Positions 13,533 to 26,651 of a stretch of DNA of 64,000 nt are shown here, in pieces. Within the stretch, counting starts at the first letter, position 1, and each line of letters begins with the position of its first letter. Position numbers and translations under genes: made by a program. The notes beneath the pieces are model-generated. The model saw only the letters and a list, made by a program, of their open reading frames with translations. It did not search any database and was not told where the DNA came from. Source of the DNA: Octopus sinensis (lineage: Eukaryota); assembly GCF_006345805.1 (NCBI RefSeq), contig NC_043000.1, forward strand, positions 67,580,001-67,644,000, read 5' to 3'.

Positions 13533-15142
13533 CGGGAAGCTTTATGAAAATAAACAAAAGACGAAGGCAGGTGGAGTACAAACAAACAACTGTATTAGTA
13601 TGGCGCTCAGGAATATAAATAAAACAAGTCTTTTACGTTTCGAGCCTACGCTCTTCAACAGAAAGATACACAGAAAAGAAACAAGGAGAGAAAAAAAATG
13701 CGTGCAGAAGCTAGCGATTCAACATGGCGATCTGATTCTGGCCAGAAGCCAGAGATCAAACGCGAGACGCAAGAGCGAAAATAGGGGAGATAACAGGGTC
13801 AAATGACTTCACCCCAACATAAGGGTGCGTGTGTGTATGAGAGTATGTGGTGCGTATGAAAGGTCTGAGCGTGTGTATGTATGTATGATGCGATGTGTAA
13901 TGTCGTATGGTGTAGTGTAGAGAGGGGAGGGGAGGGGGGAACAGGGGGAACCGGGGGAACAGGGGACGAGGGGGGAGAATGAAAGAGGAGGGAGGAGGGA
14001 GAAGAGGAAAGGTGAGAGTGAGGAGGGTGAGATGAGGGGGAGGGTGAGAGGGGGTAGAAGGAAAGAAGGAGGGGGGGGGTGAGGGTGAGATGAGAGGAGG
14101 GGAGGAGGGGGAGGGGAAGGGGAGAAGGAAGGAGAGGAGAAGAGGAGGGGAATTGGAAAGGAGGGGAGAGGAGGAGGGGAATTGGAAAGGAGGGGAGATG
14201 AGGAGGGGAGGATAGGGGGAGAGAAGGGGAATGAAGGAGCACAGAGAAAGAGAGACGGGGAAGAGGGAAGAAGAAGGAGGAAAGAAGAAGGGAAGAGGAG
14301 GGAAAGAGAGTAGGGGTGAAAAGATGAAGGACCGAAGAGAAGCAGGAGTCGGGGGGAGGTTAGATGAGGAGGGGGGAGAGTTAAGACCAAATGGCGTAAA
14401 AGAGTGAAGAGAGAAGATTAAACCCTGTTCACCGCGCAAACGGGAATCCGGATGGCCTCTGTGCAAGGACAAACCGAACACAGACAGGTGTTGCAAGGAG
14501 TGACCGGTGGAGCGGAAATGGCGTGAGACCGGTGTGTCGTTAGCAAGGCGGATGTCACGGAGGTGTTCCGCGAACCGGTCAGCCAAGCAGCGTCCCGTTT
14601 GTCCGATGTACAGGGAATGGCAGAGAGAGCAAGAGATGCAATAGATGATATTGCTGGAGGTGCAGGTGAAGGAGTTGATGATGCGATAGGGTCGATGATG
14701 GGTGCCAGTGAGGAGGGTGGTGTTGGAGAGGTAAGGGCAAGTGTGGCAACGTGGGCGGGAGCAGGGGAACGAGCCAGGTTGGGAGGTAGGGTCAGGGAAG
14801 GAGCTGTGGACCAAAAGGTCTCGTAGGTTATGGGCTCGTTTGAAGGAGGGGAGGGGTCGGTTAGGGAAGAGGTGTGAAGTGGACGGGTCGGACTGGAGAT
14901 GCCGGAAAGCTCGAAGAATGGTGCGTTGGAGAGGTAGGGTCGTGGGGTGGTAAGTGAGGGGAAAAGGGAGGCGAGAGACTACAGAGCGGGTTCGGGGGAG
15001 AGAGCAGATGCACGATCTACGGAACGTGCTCTGGCAAGGGCGGTGTGGATAGTGGTGAGGGGGTATCCACGTAGGATGAAGTGGCGAGCCATGCGTTGAG
15101 ACTGAGTCTCAAAGTCATGGTCGTCACTACAGAGCCTACATA
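13531..15142 (-). mobile_element. 5'-truncated Penelope-like element (Neptune-type): RT C-terminus, Cys-rich linker, GIY-YIG endonuclease, pyrimidine-rich 3' UTR
   Basis: RLCSDDHDF..F..RGYP, PCSRPRCHTC, NIIYCISC..C..LYIGQTGR.L..RF.EH; 3' end inserted next to (TA)n 13449-13530; cut at the 5' side by a SINE. Confidence 0.9.
13629..13666 (-). ncRNA. Minimal type I hammerhead-like ribozyme (variant core CUGUUGA)
   Basis: Minus strand tcttt-ctgttga-a-gagc gtag gctc-gaa-acgt-a-aaaga: stem I, stem II, GAAA, palindromic stem III; position 6 is non-canonical. Confidence 0.6.
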
Positions 15143-15370
15143 GGCGAGCTGGCAGACACGTTAGCGTGCCGGGCGAAATGCTTAGCGGTATTTCGTCTGT
15201 CGTTACGTTCTGAGCTCAAATTCCGCCGAGGTCAACTTTGCCTTTCATTCTTTCGGGATCGATAAATAAAGTACCAGTTTCGTACTGGAGGCGATATAAT
15301 CGACTCAATCCCTTCGTCTGTCCTTGTTTGTCCCCTCTATGTTTAGCCCCTTCTGGGCAGTAAAGAAATA
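15143..15370 (+). mobile_element. SINE family A with Tx1-type 3' tail
   Basis: Full head and core, then tail gtccttgtttgtcccctctatgtttagcccc..gggcagtaaagaaata, matching the LINE 3' end at 36725-36769. Confidence 0.88.
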
Positions 15371-15710
15371 TATATATATATATGGTAAAAGAAAGACAGA
15401 AGATGGAAGATACGAGGATTTTTATTGATCACAACAATTGTTTCTACACATCTATCCTCGATTCCTCACGGTTTGGCTACTTAACAACTGGTTCAGGAAC
15501 ATACGACGGTGCAGATGTGTCTCTTCGAGCGATAAATATATATAACTCGTTAAAATAGCAGTTCCGCAATGTATCTTCTGATTTCGTGTAAAGAAAGGCA
15601 GCAAAACAAAGGATATATCTTCATTTATAGAGAAGATCAAAACTAAAATAACCGATGCATATATATATACATACATACATATACATATACATATATATAT
15701 GTGTGTGTAC

Positions 15711-15763
<53 letters not shown>

Positions 15764-15772
<9 letters not shown>

Positions 15773-16850
15773 TAAATGAAATAAAACATATGCATATATA
15801 TAAACATATATGTACGTACCTACCTCTACATGTACATATAAACGCATATATGAGTACAGGACACCAAAGGGACGTCGAACACAAAGAGAAACGAAAACAT
15901 AGACACAAACCAAAGGAACTGGACATTTTTTTAAAAACAACAAAAAATAGAGTACAGGACAATTAACACAAAGAAAAAAACCCTTCTTCAGTCGCTATGG
16001 TTTCATCTACTCTACGTTTCGAAGGATAAAAGCGAGACGTATCTTCGACAAGAAACTTTCCTTCCTGCGAAAAAAAATCAATTAAAATTCTGAGATCTTT
16101 TCGCAGAGGGGTAAAAAATGGTAAAAAAATGGTTAAAAAACAGGACAGTAACGACAGTACAAAAATATAAACAGTAAAAGACAGGACAGGGAAAAACAAG
16201 ATAAGAAGGGCTGTTTACGCCGAACGAAAAATGTATTGCAAACGCAGAATTTTTTGTGAACGACAGGGGAGCAGGAAGAATGTCGTCCAGTTACCTCGAA
16301 AGGCCAGGCCAGAAAGACAGTCAGAGCGGAAGTATCGTCGCGGGTGGACGACGGGAAGGGGGGAGGAGGAGCAAGAGGAAGGGAGAGAAGAAGGGGAATG
16401 GTTGCGAGGAAACCATGAAGAATGGTGAGGGGGAGAGAGAGAGTGAAGAATGAGAGAGAGAGGAAGAGACAAGTTAAGTAGAGGAAAAAGAAAATCAAAG
16501 AATAGGGATGGGACAGAAAGGTGAAGAGTGCGCGTCAGAGTTAATATCAAGACCAAAACTTGATATACAGAACAATCTTACTTAAGGGGGTGCGTGCGTT
16601 TTGTCATATAATATATTAATAAATGAAATAAAACGTATGCATATATATAAACATATATGTACGTACCTACCTCTACATGTACATATACACGCATATATGA
16701 GTACAGGACACCAAAGGGACGTCGAACACAAAGAGAAACGAAAACAGATACAAACCAAAGGAACTGGACATTTTTTTAAAAACAACAAAAAATGGAGTAC
16801 AGGACAATTAACACAAAGAAAAAACCCCTTCTTCAGTCGCTATGGTTTCA
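15764..16850 (-). mobile_element. Non-coding element with ~245-bp terminal direct repeats (15764-16008 and 16611-16850), PLE pseudo-LTR-like, embedded in (TA)n
   Basis: Direct repeats visible; flanked by TA tracts; purine-rich internal part resembles the PLE UTR at 13920-14380; partial gaaacgt motif on the minus strand. Confidence 0.55.
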
Positions 16851-17417
16851 TATATATATATATATAATGAAGTTTAGGGTAAGTCTCAAGTAAGGATTTC
16901 TAATAGTGCAACTATTCATGCGTAAAATTTAACGAAGCGTAAAGAAAACAACGTTGGTATCATAAAAATACGTTATGACATATATGTCTGCTTTAATTGC
17001 ACTTCCGATTAGTTTTCAAAATTTTGGGTGAACAATTTAAGTTTCGGAGGCTTTCTCGATGTTTTATGTGAAAGATAAATATAAAGGTAGACGGGTGGAA
17101 ATAAAATCTTAGTCCAAGTTTCAGGACATATTTATTAACAAATAATCATCTGATGAAGTTATGGTATGGTAATATCTCCAAATATTAAATGTTCATGTGT
17201 CTCATCATGGAAATAAAGTGAAATAGTTATGATAAAGGTCTGAACAAGACTTGATTTGCTGGAGTTCATTACCAATACCACGGCTCTCGCCAGTAAGCAA
17301 ATGGTTTATGATAAATAATTACACAATTACAGTTAAAAGGAGATATTTTAATTATCAGTAATAAACGAAAAGCTTATTATACACCTGATTTTGATGTGTA
17401 TGTTTTCTTTCTTCCAG

Positions 17418-17477
17418 ATAACGGTCCCAAAAATTCAAATACTGCCGTAGATCCGAGAGGAACTAACAAAAAATTAA
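17418..17477 (+). CDS. Internal exon (phase 1-1), extracellular juxtamembrane segment
   Basis: Strong acceptor ttttctttcttccag, donor A|gtaagt, 60 bp reading NGPKNSNTAVDPRGTNKKL, in frame with the next exon. Confidence 0.75.
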
Positions 17478-19604
17478 GTAAGTAGAAGACTTCTGTCAAT
17501 TTTCCAATCCGCTGTTTCCAAGTAATTCACACGCCTGAAATATGTGCATTTATTATAATAAAAGAATATTTCAAAAACCGAAGATTTACCAATAGATTAT
17601 AATGAATTTTATTTTTGAATAGAAATGGATCCGTGATATCTTTTTTATCCTGAAATACTATTTCAAAACACTTTGCTCTCTGATGTTATACGATTGGTTT
17701 TGTCATCATATAACAATAACTTAAGATATTAATATTATGCGGCAATGGGATTTGGGAGGTTTCTAGTGATTGGCATAAAACCTTCCAATGCTTCCGAATT
17801 AAACTTTTCTGAACAAAATATCATAAAAGTAGTTGTTTAAACTAAGAATCTCAACTTCCACCATCCTGTTAATACGAGCTGCAGTTCATCAGCTTTAATT
17901 TTAGACATATATCCTTGTTAATAAACCTTGTTAAGATCTTTTGATATACTTAGGGCCGCATTGAGCCCAACTGACGGCCAAAGCACCGCCCGCCAGTGAT
18001 TCCCCTTGACACTGGCATTAAGTAGTTGACAAGACACTAAGACATGCTGAATAGGAAATAATAGATTAAAAATTCAGTTTTTTTCTAGTCTATTCACCAA
18101 ACCAAACACCACAACTACACTAAAATAACCGCTGTATTTTTAATTTATATATTTAACACAAAAAATAGCAGTAAGCCGTATAATATATTTACTTACTTAC
18201 TGACAAGTAAAAAATGTAAATTTTCAGTACTGTTTTTATTACAAAAATAAAACTTAAAAAGAGAAATACAGATGGTATTATTTACTGGAAACCATTCTTC
18301 CTCCAGAAATCAATGCTGTTGATTGAAAGAAAAATTTAATCCTAATGAAGAAATATCATTATTTGTACGAAAGAAAATTTTTTATTCCACTTTTCTTCTA
18401 ACAAAAATACAAAGCATTTCGACATAATGGATTAAAATATGCAAAATAAATGCTTATTGTTGCATACTTAAAACATTCTTTAAAAAGGTTTTTGATTGTG
18501 AACTTCTCAAAACTCTAAACTGATCATGTTCTGAAAATTGATCAATTCCTCAAAACTTATCCGTGCAACAAATTTGTCACTATAGTTACCAGAGATATGA
18601 CATTCAACATGTTTCGCCGCATCGTTGTTCTGTTTAGATTTTTAGCATGCTTCAACTGATAGGCTGACCTAGGATATCTCCCATTTATTACACTTTCTAT
18701 TATCTAAACTTTTCTTTCTTTTAATTTCGATTTATAGTTCAAATATTTATCCTTTCATTTTGTTAATGTAAAGGGTTTTATGTAATAAAAACTTCAATGC
18801 CATTTCAGGTCATTGTAAAACGTTCAAGTAGACTAATTTCTTGGTTCAAAATGCTAATCAAAACACAGTAAACGGGAATAAAAGAGAAGTAACCAATACA
18901 TCTAATGCATATATCGCTTATTCAAACTGAATATTTATCTCACGACTCAAGTTTGACACCACTTCCGTGTGTCACGTGCTAAACATTTAGTTTCATACCA
19001 GTTATGTGTGTGTGTGCGCGTGTGTGTGGTGTGTGTGTGTGTGTGTGTGGTGTGTGTGTGTGTGTGTGTGTGAGTGTGTGTGTGTGTGTGTATCAAAATA
19101 TGGCCTTTTTACCCCATCCATAAAAGATAGATTCTAGTTTCCTTTAGATTTGATAAACTAGTCTATGAATTGGAGCTAGCCCCCCTCCCCATTAGTAAAT
19201 CTGAATAACAGAATACAATCAATGATAAGCAGTGTCTTCATGTGAAAAAATATCAGTTACTACTATGATGTTGCTGATAAAACATGTTCTTTGTCTATCT
19301 ACTTATCCTCTTTGTGATTTTGGTTAATAGAATAACCATACAAAATGAATCCTTTGAATTTAAGTAAATTCTATATTTTTATGCAGCTGAAAATTGCTAT
19401 ACATTTTAAAATTGATTTAATATTTACATTGTTCAATTAAATGGAGTCGCATGAAACGATAGTACTGCATTACTTCTGGATATCCTTGTTGCTTATTTTG
19501 ATTATAATCACCCCATTTTGAATTATATGGATAATACCATACTAAATTCTGGTGCCTTTAACTTAAGTACCATATTCAACTGAATCTAAATTTTACTGAT
19601 CCGA

Positions 19605-19618
19605 TATATATATATATG

Positions 19619-19681
<63 letters not shown>

Positions 19682-19746
19682 ATATATATATATGCATACA
19701 TATATATATGAAGAGAGCGTAGGTGGGTAGATAGATAGATAGATAG

Positions 19747-19831
<85 letters not shown>

Positions 19832-19850
19832 GGATAGATAGATAGATAGA
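19605..19850. repeat. (TA)n and (GATA)n microsatellites
   Basis: Directly visible. Confidence 0.95.
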
Positions 19851-19971
19851 TGTGTGTCCATAAAAGGTAACTGAAGTAAAATTAAACTGAAATAACCATC
19901 TGTGTCCTACTTAACGCATATATACACTTGACAGATATATAGTTAAGTACTATGTAAGTTAGCTCTATGTA

Positions 19972-21187
19972 TCAGGATGAGTAAAAAGTAAGCAACGTTT
20001 TGAAACATGAAATTCATCACAATATATTTCAACATTGCGGAAATTTTATTCATCAAAGTAAGTACCATTATAATCAACACATTTTTGCCAACCAGTTACA
20101 AGTTTGTTTATACCGGTAACATGAAAATCTGGAGTTCTGGAGCTGATGAATTCTATGAACGCACTTTCAAGATCGGTTTCATTTTTGAACTCCTTCTCTT
20201 GCAGGAAACCATCAAGGTGCTTCAAAAGGTAGTAGTCGGTAGGAGAAAGGTCTGGGAAATAAGCTGGGTGGGGAAGAACTGCGTAGCCAAGCTTCCTCAA
20301 CTTCTGAAGCATCATTAGTGAAATGTGTGGTCGAGCATTGTCATGACGAATGATTGACCCTCTTCTGTTGACCAGTCTGGGACGAAGGAGTAGTACATTT
20401 TCGTTCATTTTGGCAATTTCATGGCAATATGTTTCTGCAGTAATGGTTTTCCCGGGTTTTAAGAAGTTATAGTGGATAAGTCTAGCAGTACACCACCAAA
20501 CAACCACGATAACATTTTTTTTATTTATGAAGAGCTCGAGTTTAGAGAAAGTTTTCGGCGCTTCATTTTGGTCCAACCACTGCGAAGGTTTCTCATTACT
20601 GTACAGAATCCACTTTTCATCGCAATTTACAATATGGTCGAGAAATGGATCGGTCTGGTTACAGAGAAAAAGCGATGAGCAAATTTCATATCTGCGCATT
20701 TTCTGATTTTCATTCAAATCATGTGATACCCATTTGTCGAGTCTTTTTTTATTTCCTTATGGCATGCAAATAGTTGCAGGCAGTTTTCTGGCTAACTTGA
20801 AGTTCTTTTGCTAGTTCTTGAGTGGTTTTACGTGGATCTTTCTCAATGACGGTCTTTAATTTCGTCCGCTATGCTCACGATCTTCAAGGATCAGGTCTCC
20901 ACTGCGAAATCGTTTAAATCATTTTCGAGTTGACCAATCACTGGTCATTTCCTCATCAAACGTTTCGTTGATATCGCTAGCCGTTTCACCTGCTTTACGT
21001 CATTTTTGAATATTTCTCGAATATTTCGCTTTGACTGTTCCATTTCAGATGATTGTAACAACGATAAAAAAAAATACCAATGTTAATTTATTGATGCATT
21101 TGGGCAAATCTTTGTCTGTATTACCAGAAAATTGCAAATGAAAAATTCTTCATGGTTCAAAACGTTTCTTACTTTTTCTCAACCTGA
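19972..21187 (-). mobile_element. Full-length but degenerate Tc1/mariner (mariner) DNA transposon
   Basis: About 40-bp TIRs (tcagg.tgag.aaaaagtaag.aacgttttgaa.catgaa) flanked by TA; transposase remnant 20046-20717 with DEKW, HDNARPH and PDLSPTDY; N-terminal part disrupted. Confidence 0.93.
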
Positions 21188-21524
21188 TAGATATGTACAT
21201 ACATTGTACTAACCTAAAGTGTATACTCAATACCGCATCACTCTGCACAATTATCTAGCCCAGGGTACAATTTACAACACATCACCAGAATGACACACGC
21301 GTTCAGTGTTCGATATACCCTGTCATCCTACGCTACCTCTCAACACCACATGATGCATGAAGCCTATCAATATTCTTGATCTCAGTACAGAGGACTGCCA
21401 CATGCACCATACATATGCATATACTACACCACACCAAATCACCTCAGATGATGCATTAGAACACCAACACACTATATTGCACATCATCTGTTTCCTTTTA
21501 CGGTTTTATTCTTTTCCATTTCAG

Positions 21525-21600
21525 AAGCCGTTGTATCCTATGTGTTTCTTACTGTAGCAGTTCTCGCCATTCTTATTGCAATATCATTTATCATTGGAAG
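21525..21600 (+). CDS. Transmembrane exon (phase 1-2)
   Basis: Acceptor cttttccatttcag, donor AAG|gtaagt; encodes hydrophobic AVVSYVFLTVAVLAILIAISFIIG; phases match both neighbours. Confidence 0.85.
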
Positions 21601-22763
21601 GTAAGTCATCACATTTTGAAATACGTTAAGATTTGGATTGAGCTTAACCATAAAACAGAGAGTTTTCATTTCATTTTACTTTCTGTGAAAATTACAGTGT
21701 TTCATTTTTAGAATAAGTTGATTCAAATATTATTAAGTTACATTCGATGACTTCTCTTCTTGCTATTATTTTATATATCCCTAAGACATGGCTTGGCTCT
21801 CCGTCGTTTACGACGACGATTGTTGCAGCCTGTTCGTGAAGTTAACGTGTAAGTACCCAGCACTGCACAGAAACGAATAGTTCTCAGGTGATTCAACGAG
21901 GCACAGAATGTGACAAGCAACGATAAATAAAGTGTCTTGCTCAAGGATACAACACGCCATAGGAGATCGGACTCACAAGAAGGTGCATGGCTTGAAGGTT
22001 AGGGTATTCGATTCAGGACCCTAAGAAATATTTTACATAAAATTTACGGAGTGGATATTTTGCTTTAGAGATATGGTCAGTATTCTGTACTGCTATTATA
22101 TCTTGATATAACAGTAAAAAAATCGCTATGTGTGCATGTTTCTAAAGCATTTAATTTTTCGTGTAACTGACTTAGTTTTTCTTGTAAATGCTTTGTAGTT
22201 CAGCACCACCTTTCAATGACTAGTATTCTACGAACAGCATTTCCCTTATCTTGCATGAAATACAACATATTATTTTAGTGGAACAGAAGCTAATTTCCAA
22301 CAGTTGTTTATTATCCATATTTTTTTTAACTATCCCATCCAGTATGAGACCTCTTTTCAATAAGCTGAATTTTTATGGAAATTACTAAAGGAAGCAAAAA
22401 CTTATATAATGAAACTATATTTAGAGTTATAATAATTGTGAATAACATAGAGCAAAGTAAATAGCAATTTAAATTATTATTTAAAACATTGTTAACTTTA
22501 TTACTAGTGTTAATGATCAAATATAAATATCAGCATTTAACTACCTTTAATAGTGTAAAAAAAAACAAATATAAAATATATTCAAATAATTATATTTTCC
22601 ATCAAAAAAGGATCAACTAAAAATTAAATAATGGTTGTCTTGAGCATCATGAGATTTTGTTAATTTAAAACTCTCAAGCTCGATATATGACAAACAAAAC
22701 TTCAAGTCTCCTGATATATATATATACCTCTGATATAAGTATATATGTATACCTCTGAAATAC

Positions 22764-23030
22764 TGGTCCTACTAATTTTTACCAGTTGAGTGGACTAGAA
22801 CAACTTGAAATGAAGTATCTTGCTCAAGGACGCAATGCACTGACGCGTATCGAACTCACGACCTTTACGCTCCTGAACTGAATGCCTTAACCACTAAGCA
22901 ATGCGCCTTCACTGGGAATTAAGAGTATGCGTGACTGTGGAGCGGTCTTCCACTTGCACGTTAATTTTACGAGCAGGCTGTTTTGTTGATGGGATAAACT
23001 GGAACGCTCGTCGTCTCAACCGGCGAAGTG
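22764..23030 (-). mobile_element. SINE-like repeat, family C (tRNA-like head, ccttgagcaag core), fused to a second repeat also seen at 21790-21920 and 12570-12630
   Basis: Minus strand gaaggcgcattgcttagtggttaagg..gagttcgatac..gtccttgagcaagatactt. Confidence 0.65.
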
Positions 23031-23058
23031 TCATTATAGTATAATGTAGTATAGTATG

Positions 23059-23102
<44 letters not shown>

Positions 23103-24545
23103 CTATCTATCTTCTATCTATCTTGCCATCTACATACATGCATACATACATACATACATACATACATACATACATACATACATACATACATACATACAAA
23201 AATACCCTGTTGATGTTGAAATTCCAATGAAGGAGCCTTGGTTCTAGGTTAGAAACCGGCTCTTTCTCTATTGACATGAAAGTTTGAAATAAAACTGAAT
23301 AATAACATGCATATATACATGTGTGTGGGGAGGGGTGTAATCTACCTTGGTGTTGACTGATAGTTGTACTACTATGCGACATCCTTTCTCAAAGATAGAG
23401 ATATTCATCTTGTTCCTTAAACTTTAATTTTGTGCAAAGCCATCTTGTCAAAATAGCACCCGAGATTTTATTGAAAATATAAATATTATACTTGGCTTAA
23501 CTGTTTCACCTGACGCTTACAGGTTAAGAGTATGACATGTGAATAACACTTGACTAAGTAAATGTTATCCAAATGATTTATTAAAATGCATGAAGGATTG
23601 TGAAGGTGTATGTATGGAGGGTGACAGTAGAAAATTATTTTGATTTTGTAAACATTGAATATATAAATGAACTTCCTTGCTTCAATAAATGAACTTCCTT
23701 ACTTCAGCATTTCTGAGATTCCATACAAGATTCTCAATCAAGCGACCAAACAAAGAAACATAAAAACAGCTACCCCGGTATCTGAGTTCGTGTAGTAGTT
23801 GGATAAGTAGTGTATTTACACTGATGTTAACAATATAATTTCTCCCACTCCATTTTTTCATACGGATAGCATTTCTGAGTAGTTTCACTCAGTCAAAACA
23901 GTAATGTGTAACAACTATTCGTGTAGATTATTGTAGATAAATTCTCAAGTATGGAGAACGTAATGTTTCTCTGAGGAGATTTAATGATACCGAAACAAGA
24001 ACTGAGTTATAACCAGTAGTTCTCAGACCAGATTAAATTTAAATCAGTAATTGAACTAATCTTATTTTCCTCAAAGTGTAAGTATGCACTAACTTGGTTT
24101 TAAAACATTTCGCATGAACCAAAGCCTTATGAATGTCCTTCGGCAATGTGTTTAATCTCAATGTAAGAACATTGTAGATGAGCTGCGTTGAAGGGAGCTC
24201 ACAGTGCGTCATATCCGTTACACAGTTACGATTCCAGTCTGTATTCAAATTAAGTCGCTAATAATGAACATTTCACAGTCTCACTCGTCTCTGTATCTAA
24301 AGTTTCTGAACTAATTCATAGAAGCCTGCTGGAATTTAAGAAGTAAATACTTCTGTTATTTACAGCATCTATTCAATCAGCCATAATTGAGCATGAAAAA
24401 TATTTCGTGTTCTATCAACATAAAACTATAGCTATCAACGATATCTATCAACATAAAATTAGATCTTTTATTTCAGTTACAATTTTTTTTGCTTGTGTTT
24501 CTGTATTTCTTTTTTTCCAATTAGATTTATTTTACTTGCTTTCAG

Positions 24546-25254
24546 TTACATCAAATATTATCAAGCGGGTCAGTACCACATCGAATCAAGTGAAAGAGCG
24601 CTGCTTAGAAAAGAAGATACGCCAATGGGTTCTTTCCCTCGAGGAGATGACGAATTAAATACAATCATTCACAAAACAGACACTATTAACAGTAATTCCA
24701 GACATAAAGGCACTGATGATTTTAAATGTAAATCAGCGGATGGTCCTGCGAAGGATACTAGTAGTTGTAAAGGAACTCTACGTAACGGAGGTATTACAAC
24801 ATTTTCTCCTTCAACTACACCAACACGTTCTGTTAGTGGATTGTATTCGGCAGTTGCTATGGAAACGCCCAGAAAAAGCTGGGCTTCTGTAGGACCAGCC
24901 AGTCTTGATTTGGAGGAAGATGATGATGCACAAGTTAGTGGTTCAATTCAATTACATATACCGAAACGTCAATCGTCAGAGAAACACAGAGTCTTTTCTG
25001 ATAGATTTTCGGATAGTGTCGAACATTACTTAGTGAACAACGATGAATACGCTGTTGTAAGAAAACCTGTACGAGGTTCAACAAACGGAGCCACAGAAGA
25101 AATATACGCAACCCCACTGGATAATATGGAATTAAGGAATCAGTTCCAAGTAACGACAGGGCCTTACTACGCAAAACGACAAACAAACCCAAGACCAACA
25201 TTGGCCTTCACAGACACCAGTAAAAATAGTAAATGGGAAGATGAATATTTTTAA
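24546..25254 (+). CDS. Terminal coding exon: ~235-aa cytoplasmic tail of a single-pass membrane protein
   Basis: Acceptor ttgctttcag, phase 2 (AG+T=Ser), long non-repetitive ORF YIKYYQAGQYHIESSE...KWEDEYF*, followed by an AT-rich 3' UTR with AATAAA (about 25587, 26352, 26890). Confidence 0.85.
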
Positions 25255-26464
25255 ACTTTGAAATTCAATGAGATCTTCAGAATAGGGCTAAGAAATCTAC
25301 ATAAAGCTTTTACAGTCAGTATGGAGCTCTCAAGCTTATTGATCTATTTTAATTCTAAAAATAAGTTGTTGATACGAAAATCTCAAACACTCTTGACAGT
25401 AAAAAGAAATACTGAGTATTATAAGCAGCACGTTTTTGAAACACTAAAACCCTCGTTTAAAAAAACACTAATTAAAAGTTCAAAGTATTACTTAATAAAG
25501 AAGATTAACGTTTGGGTAAAAGTTTATTCAACTATAAATATTGCAAAAGTATCAATATTTTATTGATTTTGTTCCTGAAAAAAAAAATAAAAGTGAAACA
25601 AATGTAAATCTGCTAACATGTAAAAAAAAAAGTGGATTCTTTTTAAAATTTGGTTTCTTTACTTCATAACAAATCTATGAAAGTCATCAATTGTGGTTTC
25701 AGATTTTAAAAGTTTGTGAAACGTTTAAGCTAATTCCCCTCGGTGAGCAAAAATAACTTAATTTCTGAATTGTACCGCAAACAATCTTGAATCTTGAGAC
25801 ACATATATGTACGAAACAAATGACATGTCTACATTCTTATCACGAACGTGTTTAATGTATGAAAAAATAACTACCAACGCTTATCACCACACAATATGTA
25901 TCGCAACTACAACATATTCTAATATCAGGAAAGAAGAAACAAATTCACAATTCAGAGCGGCTAACAGATTCCTGATTTTATATATCTGGTTAGATGTCAC
26001 AATAGTTCAATTTCGATTACTTATGGTACTTTTGTGAGAATGCTCTTACCTGGAAAACAAACCACTAAATATACACAAATATTTTAGGTGCATCATAAAA
26101 AATATTTTTTTCTCATTTAAGAGCATTTAACAAACAAGTTCGTCTCTCATATTAGAGCAATGAAGTAACTTTATTGAACATTGATAATAAAAAATGTAAA
26201 GCTACGTATTGGTGCACAACAAACCCAGTTACTGTGTGATGTCCGTAAAATTTACGTTTTGTATTGAAAAATAATGAGCATTCATCTATAAAATGCTCAT
26301 TACGTTTTTCAATATAAATATGTACAGATAAATATAATCAATGCTACAAAAATAAAATCGAAATAACATTCAAATAACTACACTAAATATTATCACCAAC
26401 TTGTATAATACTCACAACTGTGGTGTACATATACATATACGTGTGTGTGTGTGTATATATATGT

Positions 26465-26536
<72 letters not shown>

Positions 26537-26597
26537 CATATACATATATACACATATATACATATATCTTTATATATATATATTATATATATATATA

Positions 26598-26651
<54 letters not shown>

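Noticed and set aside
13799-14390. Pro/Ser/Leu-rich ORFs and the long C-terminal extension of the GIY-YIG ORF
   Set aside because: Stop-free only because the tract is polypyrimidine; best read as the PLE 3' UTR.
15143-15230. tRNA-like A/B-box sequences (here and in other SINE heads)
   Set aside because: No complete cloverleaf; they continue into the SINE core, so they are not tRNA genes.
17148-17185. CTGATGA suggesting a hammerhead (also CTGAGGA at about 38881)
   Set aside because: No stem II followed by GAAA.
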